DNA of 40,167 nucleotides, from the UHGV virus genome UHGV-1350284; one strand, 5' to 3'. Positions within the stretch are counted from its first letter, which is position 1, and each line of letters starts with the position of its first letter. The DNA is from a virus. The position numbers and the translations under genes were made by a program. The notes beneath the pieces were generated by a model, which saw nothing but the letters and a program-made list of their open reading frames with translations, did no database searches and was not told the origin of the DNA. Positions 35,269 through 40,167 of the stretch are shown one piece after another.

Positions 35269-36131
35269 CCAGCAAATTTAGCATCGACAACAGAGAGCTG
35301 CTTCAGAGAATCAGTAGCGGCGAGGCTGTTGTGGGAATTGATTTTGGTAATCTAATCGTCAGGGAGCTGGCTGCATTCAGGCTGGCCGCAATGGACAGCA
35401 GCGAGTCGGTTGAACTGCCTCTTGACTACCTGCAGGGACACAAAGACGGCCTGGAGTGGGCCTCCCAACTGGCGGAAGCCAGCCACCCTGAAACCGGAGA
35501 CTGGCTTTACGATGACCCTATCGAGCTGGCAAAAGCTATTCGCAAAGGTCCAGATATGCCGCCAGCGCAGCCGGTAGCGGACAGCGAGCCGGATCGCAAT
35601 CCTGTGCTGGCGTATGCCGACAGTTATCGCGATATGGCGAAACAAGGCGTCGAGTCAGTCCCAATATGGAGCGTCATTACCGACCTCGAGCGAAACATTG
35701 CTCCGCTCTATCGCCACGCGCAGCCAGCGCCGGAACGTGAGCAGGTACGCCGCGAGCACGCAGAGTGGTCACAGGCAACATTCGGAAATGTCGGCCCGGT
35801 TGGGCCGCTGAAGCACCTCAGCAAAGAAGCGCTGGAAGCCGCCGCCGAACCCGGCGACCTCAGCGAGTGGGCTGATATGCAGTTCCTGATGTGGGATGCC
35901 CAGCGCAGAGCGGGAATCACTGACGAGCAGATTACCCAGGCGATGATCGATAAGCTGGCGGTAAACAAGCAGCGCGAATGGCCGGAGCCGAAAGACGGTG
36001 AACCGCGGTTGCACATCAAAGGGCTGCCTGCACCGGTAGTAGAACGTGAGCCCATCGCGTGGCTCAATGACGCATATTTAGCTCGCGGCGTCGTTGACGG
36101 TGAGGCTGGTAGCGAAGATGCAGGCCCCTGA
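35265..36131 (+). CDS. Two-domain protein: unknown N-terminal domain plus C-terminal MazG-like nucleotide pyrophosphohydrolase (DUF550-type)
   Basis: C-terminal ...HLSKEALEAAAEPGDLSEWADMQFLMWDAQRRAGITDEQI...NKQREWPEP... Confidence 0.55.
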   Translation: MTSKFSIDNRELLQRISSGEAVVGIDFGNLIVRELAAFRLAAMDSSESVELPLDYLQGHKDGLEWASQLAEASHPETGDWLYDDPIELAKAIRKGPDMPPAQPVADSEPDRNPVLAYADSYRDMAKQGVESVPIWSVITDLERNIAPLYRHAQPAPEREQVRREHAEWSQATFGNVGPVGPLKHLSKEALEAAAEPGDLSEWADMQFLMWDAQRRAGITDEQITQAMIDKLAVNKQREWPEPKDGEPRLHIKGLPAPVVEREPIAWLNDAYLARGVVDGEAGSEDAGP

Positions 36132-36188
36132 TATATTCCAGTGTATCGCGAAGCAGGAACACAGCCAGCGCCGGGAGTACCTGAAAGC

Positions 36189-36314
36189 ATGCCTGATAGT
36201 GTGTATGAAATTCTTTGTGCTGCATGCGGTGATAAGGCTTGGGCGTATGCAGATCTTCTTTGGAATGAATGCCGCGCCGCCATGCTCGCAGCCGCCCAAC
36301 AGGAGGGAAAATGA
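36189..36314 (+). CDS. Unannotated Cys-rich mini-protein (41 aa), ATGA-coupled to the DUF551-like gene
   Basis: Translation MPDSVYEILCAACGDKAWAYADLLWNECRAAMLAAAQQEGK. It is in a different frame from the listed 36094-36336 ORF. Confidence 0.35.
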   Translation: MPDSVYEILCAACGDKAWAYADLLWNECRAAMLAAAQQEGK

Positions 36315-36610
36315 CTATAGCCATCGATCGACTTAAAGAAGTGACAAGGGACTTTGGCCGCAGGCACATCGCCTACCAGATGGCCAGGGAACTTCTGGAG
36401 ATTTATAGCGGTAACGGCCCGGTAGTCTGGAATGTGTTGAGCGATTTCCCTCCTGAGGTGAATGGCAAATATCTTGTCATTACCAGCTACGGGGATATTC
36501 GGACCGCCTGCTATGACTGCGAATCAGGGGAATGGCGGGCTTCAGATGGCACCATTACCGGAGTTATCAAATGGATGGATTTGCCAGCCTCCCCGCAGGA
36601 GGTGAAATGA
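36311..36610 (+). CDS. DUF551-like phage protein
   Basis: ...GKYLVITSYGDIRTACYDCESGEWRASDG...IKWMDLPASP. RBS AGGAGGG. Confidence 0.5.
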   Translation: MTIAIDRLKEVTRDFGRRHIAYQMARELLEIYSGNGPVVWNVLSDFPPEVNGKYLVITSYGDIRTACYDCESGEWRASDGTITGVIKWMDLPASPQEVK

Positions 36611-36798
36611 TGGCGTACATCTTCCTGATTTTCGTCATCAGCAGCAATACATCGAATATGCAGGCGGTTCCCATGCAGAGTATGGAGCAGTGCAAAGCAG
36701 CCATTAAGGCGATGAAAGTTGCAGATGATAAGAGGTCCTGGGATGACGTTTCGCCAAGCGTAGATAATATTCAATGCGTAGAGGTGAAAGGTGCCTAA
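36607..36798 (+). CDS. Small protein with a hydrophobic N-terminus (63 aa, putative secreted or membrane-anchored)
   Basis: ATGA overlap. MMAYIFLIFVISS followed by a Cys-containing soluble part. Confidence 0.4.
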   Translation: MMAYIFLIFVISSNTSNMQAVPMQSMEQCKAAIKAMKVADDKRSWDDVSPSVDNIQCVEVKGA

Positions 36799-37129
36799 AT
36801 CCCCCGCAGAACGCAAAGCCGCGCAGCGCGCGCGGCAGTCCGCCGCCGGTGAGCGCAAAATTGAACTGGTGCTGGATGAGCAGGAGCAGGAAATGCTGGC
36901 GCGTAATTGCGCCGCCCGGCGTCCTGGTCGCGATCCCTACGAAATGGCCGAGTACATCGCGCTGCTGATCCGCCAGGATGATGCCCGGGTGCGCGGACGT
37001 ATAAAGTCAATCAGTAAGCGCCGCTGCGGTAAGTGTGGCGATGCGCTGCCGGTGGCGTCATGCCCGTGCGCTGGCGATTCCCAATGCTGGGCTACGCTTG
37101 GCTGGCACGAAACGAAATTACCACTGTGA
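36791..37129 (+). CDS. Zinc-ribbon protein (112 aa, GTG start), possible regulator of the downstream late/packaging genes
   Basis: C-terminal RCGKCGD...CPCAG. Located just before the SOS promoter and TerS. Confidence 0.4.
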   Translation: MPKSPAERKAAQRARQSAAGERKIELVLDEQEQEMLARNCAARRPGRDPYEMAEYIALLIRQDDARVRGRIKSISKRRCGKCGDALPVASCPCAGDSQCWATLGWHETKLPL

Positions 37130-37137
37130 TATGTCAC
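37126..37137. repeat. GTGATATGTCAC, near-palindromic copy 2 of the GTGACATGTCAC motif, overlapping the stop codon of the upstream gene
   Basis: One mismatch to a perfect palindrome. Same relation to a stop codon as copy 1. Confidence 0.5.
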
Positions 37138-37143
37138 GACAGA

Positions 37144-37186
37144 TTGACTAAATCCTCGCATAATTATACTGTTTAAATATACAGTA
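37144..37186 (+). promoter_or_regulatory. SOS promoter: -35 TTGACT (37144-37149) and consensus-geometry LexA box TACTGTTTAAATATACAGTA (37167-37186) overlapping the -10
   Basis: Perfect CTGT-N8-ACAG with an AT-rich spacer. RBS GAGGT before the ATG at 37205. Confidence 0.7.
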
Positions 37187-37204
37187 TTTTTATGTGAGGT
37201 CATC

Positions 37205-37534
37205 ATGGGTTTTCCATCTCCAGCCAAAGACTACGTCGAGCGAACCCTATCCCCAAATATCCTGTGCCACATTGATGGTAATTGCCGGGTTATCGAAACC
37301 AGCGCCGGATACGCCGTTATCAATACCGCCATCAGGCCAAAGCAGGGGAGTAACATCCTGATATCCCTTTGTGGCCTCCTGCAGTTTGCAGTCGTTCGCG
37401 GGAAGGCAATCATCACCGATGACGGCGAAGCGATTGAAGGCGATGCGCTTGATGATGTCGACGTGAAATGGGTGCTGACATTCCTGGTTAATCGCGTCGA
37501 CTGGCAGAGAGAAGATGATATTCCGATCATGTAA
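37205..37534 (+). CDS. UmuD'-like protein (HumD-like). It starts at the GFPSPA motif, lacks the N-terminal RecA-cleavage tail, and its Ser nucleophile motif is degenerate.
   Basis: MGFPSPAKDYVERTLSPN... aligns with UmuD residues 25-45 (GFPSPAADYVEQRIDLN). SGDSM is replaced by SAGYA. Confidence 0.65.
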   Translation: MGFPSPAKDYVERTLSPNILCHIDGNCRVIETSAGYAVINTAIRPKQGSNILISLCGLLQFAVVRGKAIITDDGEAIEGDALDDVDVKWVLTFLVNRVDWQREDDIPIM

Positions 37535-37556
37535 CATCGCTGGTGGCATGGTATTA

Positions 37557-37575
37557 TTACCGAAAGGGTAATTAT
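37557..37575 (+). promoter_or_regulatory. Operator palindrome TTACCGAAAGGGTAA (with extended flanks ATTATTACC...GGTAATTATTT) 20 nt upstream of TerS
   Basis: Same palindrome family. Candidate repressor-controlled packaging-gene promoter. Confidence 0.45.
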
Positions 37576-37591
37576 TTTCGGGGTGTTTACC

Positions 37592-38212
37592 ATGCCAAAG
37601 GATCCGAAGCGCAAATCAACTCAGTACAAACCGTTGACGGTGATGCAGGAAGCCTACGCCCAGGAGTATGTGAAATGCCCTGAAAATCAGACACAGGCGG
37701 CCATCAATGCCGGGTTCTCCCCAAAGTCTGCCCACGTCAAAGCCAGCACAATGATGCGTGATGAGCGTATCCAGAAACGAATCGCTGAGCTGATGGAAGA
37801 GCGCAACAAGCGCCTGCGCGTCAGCGCCGATTACGTGCTGCTGCGCCTGGTGGAAATAGACCAGATGGACGTACTGGATATCATGAACGATGACGGCGGG
37901 ATGAAGCCGATCGCTGAATGGCCGAAGGTCTGGCGTACCTCTCTCAGTGCTATGGATATCGCTACCATCAAGACGACCCAGGCTTCTCTGCAAAAAGAGA
38001 ATGGCGAGGCGGATCTCTCTGTTGAGGATGTCGAGCATATCCTGAAGAAGGTGAAATGGCCCGACAAGGTGAAAAACCTCGAGCTCATCGGTAAGCATGT
38101 CGACGTTAACGCGTTCAAAGAGCGCATGGAAGTTAACGTGAACGTTACCATTGCCGACCGCATGGCCGCCGCCCGGCGCCGCCTGAAAGAGCGCCAGGGT
38201 GGTGACCAGTGA
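37592..38212 (+). CDS. terS: Terminase small subunit (Terminase_2-like, N-terminal HTH)
   Basis: ...KPLTVMQEAYAQEYVK...NQTQAAINAGFSPKSAHVKAS... pattern. Immediately upstream of TerL. Confidence 0.7.
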   Translation: MPKDPKRKSTQYKPLTVMQEAYAQEYVKCPENQTQAAINAGFSPKSAHVKASTMMRDERIQKRIAELMEERNKRLRVSADYVLLRLVEIDQMDVLDIMNDDGGMKPIAEWPKVWRTSLSAMDIATIKTTQASLQKENGEADLSVEDVEHILKKVKWPDKVKNLELIGKHVDVNAFKERMEVNVNVTIADRMAAARRRLKERQGGDQ

Positions 38213-39684
38213 CAGACGCCGCTTTATCCCCGGAAGAGCAACTGATCGACGATATCGCCAGCTTCACCCATGACCCGCTGGGCTATGCGCTGTATGCGTT
38301 CCCGTGGGGCGAGGATGGCACAGAACTGGCGCACGCCACCGGGCCGCGACAGTGGCAGGCTGATGCATTCCGCGAGATAGGCGAGCACCTGCAGAACCCG
38401 ACAACACGTCACCAGCCGCTGATGATTGCCAGGGCCTCCGGTCACGGTATCGGTAAATCCGCTTTCATCTCGATGCTGATTAACTGGGGAATGTCCACCT
38501 GCGAGGATTGCAAGGTGGTGGTGACCGCCAACACCGACAACCAGCTGCGCACGAAGACCTGGCCGGAAATCATCAAATGGTCGAACCTTGCCATCAACAA
38601 AGACTGGTTTACCTGCACCGCTACGGCGATGTACAGCAACGATCCAGGCCACGATAAACGCTGGCGCGCTGACGCAATTCCATGGTCTGAGCACAACACA
38701 GAGGCGTTCGCCGGGCTGCACAACGAGCGTAAGCGCATCATCGTCGTATTCGATGAGGCTTCCAATATTGCCGATCTGGTGTGGGAGGTTGCCGAGGGCG
38801 CGCTGACGGACGAAGACACCGAAATCATCTGGGTGGCGTTCGGTAACCCGACGCGCAACACCGGGCGATTCCGGGAGTGCTTCCGCAAATACAAGCACCG
38901 CTGGAAGTGCGCGCAAATCGACAGCCGCACCGTCGAAGGCACCAACAAGCAGCAGCTGCAGAAATGGGTGGACGACTACGGCGAGGACAGCGACTTTGTG
39001 AAGGTCCGCGTGCGCGGGATCTTCCCTGATGCGTCGGAGCTGCAGTTCATCCCTACCGGGCTGACTGACGAGGCAATGAAGCGCGTTGTGACCGCAGCAC
39101 AGGTGGCGCACGCCCCGCGGATAATCGGCGTCGACCCGGCGTATTCCGGCGTGGATGATGCAGTGATTTATCTGCGCCAGGGGCTGCACAGCAAAGTGCT
39201 CTGGACCGGCAACAAGACCACCGACGATCTGATTATGGCGAAGCGTATCGCTGACTTTGAGGACCAGTACCAGGCTGACGCGGTGTTTATCGACTTCGGT
39301 TACGGTACCGGGCTGAAGTCCATTGGCGACGGCTGGGGCCGCACCTGGCAGCTTGTGCCGTTCGGCGGCGCATCGGCAGATCCTCAGATGCTGAACAAGC
39401 GCGGAGAGATGTTCAACGCCTGCAAGACCTGGCTGAAGCTGGGCGGCGCGCTGGATGACCAGGAGACGGCGGACGACCTGTCCGCGGCAGAGTACAAGGT
39501 GAGGGTAGACGGTAAGATCGTCATGGAGCCGAAGGAAGATATCAAAGAGCGTCTTGGCCGGTCGCCGGGCAAGGGGGATGCGCTGCTTCTGACGTTCGCG
39601 TATCCAGTGACGAAGCGTTCAGATTTCCCTGCTGCCGGCGGTAAGCAGCCTAACGTGATCAGCGAGTACGACCCGTGGGCGTAA
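38209..39684 (+). CDS. terL: Terminase large subunit
   Basis: 491 aa. Walker A-like RASGHGIGKS. GTGA overlap with terS. Confidence 0.85.
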   Translation: MTDAALSPEEQLIDDIASFTHDPLGYALYAFPWGEDGTELAHATGPRQWQADAFREIGEHLQNPTTRHQPLMIARASGHGIGKSAFISMLINWGMSTCEDCKVVVTANTDNQLRTKTWPEIIKWSNLAINKDWFTCTATAMYSNDPGHDKRWRADAIPWSEHNTEAFAGLHNERKRIIVVFDEASNIADLVWEVAEGALTDEDTEIIWVAFGNPTRNTGRFRECFRKYKHRWKCAQIDSRTVEGTNKQQLQKWVDDYGEDSDFVKVRVRGIFPDASELQFIPTGLTDEAMKRVVTAAQVAHAPRIIGVDPAYSGVDDAVIYLRQGLHSKVLWTGNKTTDDLIMAKRIADFEDQYQADAVFIDFGYGTGLKSIGDGWGRTWQLVPFGGASADPQMLNKRGEMFNACKTWLKLGGALDDQETADDLSAAEYKVRVDGKIVMEPKEDIKERLGRSPGKGDALLLTFAYPVTKRSDFPAAGGKQPNVISEYDPWA

Positions 39685-39710
39685 AAAAGACCGCGCATCG
39701 GCGGGCTATT

Positions 39711-39722
39711 GTGACATGTCAC
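39711..39722. repeat. GTGACATGTCAC perfect palindrome (copy 3) between the convergent terL and minus-strand genes
   Basis: Identical to copy 1. Confidence 0.6.
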
Positions 39723-39726
39723 GGTG

Positions 39727-40083
39727 TTATTTTTCGCTCAGTCTCTGCTTCAGCAGGTAACCTTCCAGCATCCAGATTTTATTTACCGCATTTTCACGGG
39801 CAATCTTGCGGCCAATCTCGGCGTCGAAGTTCTCAGGGCTGGCGCAGGCGCTTTCGCCGGTGACGGTGAAGCCGTTTTTCAGCACCAGGACGCAAATGGT
39901 CAGCAGGTTAAGCGCCGGGCTGCAAGCGTCCATTGCTGATTTGTCCGGCCATGCAGCCTGCAATGAATCGCCAACATTGAGATAGTGGCACTCTGCAATA
40001 ACGCTTTCGATATGGTCAGGCGTAACGCGCGGAGCGGTTAAGCCTTTGGCCTGAATTTCAGATTCAATATCTTTGTCATTCAT
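39727..40083 (-). CDS. Hypothetical protein (118 aa from ATG 40083; RBS AAGGTGA)
   Basis: Starts MNDKDIESEIQAKGLTAPRVT... Convergent with terL. Confidence 0.5.
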   Translation of the reverse strand: MNDKDIESEIQAKGLTAPRVTPDHIESVIAECHYLNVGDSLQAAWPDKSAMDACSPALNLLTICVLVLKNGFTVTGESACASPENFDAEIGRKIARENAVNKIWMLEGYLLKQRLSEK

Positions 40084-40095
40084 GATTATCACCTT

Positions 40096-40120
40096 AAAAA
40101 AATGCCCGGACGAACCGGGC
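40096..40120 (-). terminator. Rho-independent terminator on the minus strand (GCCCGG-TTCGT-CCGGGC followed by ATTTTTTT)
   Basis: 6-bp GC stem followed by a 7-U tract when read on the minus strand. It lies upstream of the 39727-40083 gene and probably ends a gene further right. Confidence 0.6.
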
Positions 40121-40167
40121 GAAACAGGGATGATGGAAAGTGCCGTCCTTGGCTGGTTGTCACAGGG

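Noticed and set aside
36094-36336. 80-aa plus-strand ORF (TTG start)
   Set aside because: No RBS. The 41-aa ATGA-coupled ORF in the other frame is a better model.
35708-36367. 219-aa minus-strand ORF spanning the MazG-like gene and the Cys-peptide ORF
   Set aside because: Antisense shadow. The plus-strand genes show ATGA coupling and RBSs.
38224-39189. 321-aa antisense ORF within terL
   Set aside because: Antisense to a well-supported terminase gene.
39703-39726. CRP-like site TGTGA-N4-TCAC within the GTGACATGTCAC palindrome
   Set aside because: Spacer is 4 rather than 6 bp, so it is not a CRP site.
1-40167. CRISPR arrays, IS elements, retron or other known defence-system hallmarks (RT, cyclase, TIR, SIR2, STAND)
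   Set aside because: No repeat-spacer periodicity. No transposase or recognisable defence-domain ORFs were seen.

Overview
The window reads as an almost complete, non-integrated genome of a mosaic temperate podovirus from an enterobacterial-type host (about 55% GC). It has three recognisable modules.

1. Virion and lysis module, 620-23408, plus strand. A T7-like structural gene order: gp6.7-like, portal, scaffold, major capsid, tail tubular A and B, then four internal virion (ejection) proteins, one carrying a peptidoglycan-hydrolase domain. A tailspike follows, with a T7 gp17-like N-terminal adaptor and a low-GC beta-helix (depolymerase-like) C-terminus. The module ends with holin(s), a GH19 endolysin and an embedded Rz/Rz1 spanin pair.

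2. Lysogeny and early region. An attP-like region with ACGGTAT-type direct repeats (23408-23724) precedes a P4-type tyrosine integrase (23725-24975). A leftward early operon (29837 down to 24992) encodes a Bet/RecT annealase, a RecE-like PD-(D/E)xK exonuclease, a large coiled-coil protein, an AlpA-like regulator, a PerC-like protein and an MT-A70 (DPPW) N6-adenine methyltransferase. The immunity region holds a dual-HTH repressor without a peptidase domain (30056-30637) and a Cro-like gene. The rightward early operon encodes a zinc-ribbon protein, a C5-cytosine methyltransferase, a lambda-O-like replication protein, a VRR-NUC nuclease and a nin-like chain of ATGA-coupled small genes (DUF3310-like, Ead/Ea22-like, MazG/DUF550-like, DUF551-like).

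3. Late control and packaging. A perfect LexA box precedes a pre-cleaved UmuD'-like (HumD-like) gene, followed by TerS and TerL.

Other points: a divergent, probably phage-encoded tRNA-Arg(UCU) lies at 124-200 on the minus strand. No phage RNA polymerase, no N/Q-like antiterminator and no helicase or helicase loader was recognised.

Most notable observation: a 15-bp palindrome TTACC-N5-GGTAA, often fused to a TGGTAATAAT extended -10 element, occurs at 12 or more intergenic positions. These include classic tripartite OL/OR clusters and sites directly in front of late operons (portal, tail fiber, terS) and the nin operon. This suggests a single repressor wired to promoters across the whole genome.

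Because the repressor is non-cleavable and LexA boxes are present, induction is probably through an antirepressor. An 87-aa gene behind a near-consensus LexA box inside the virion module is the candidate.
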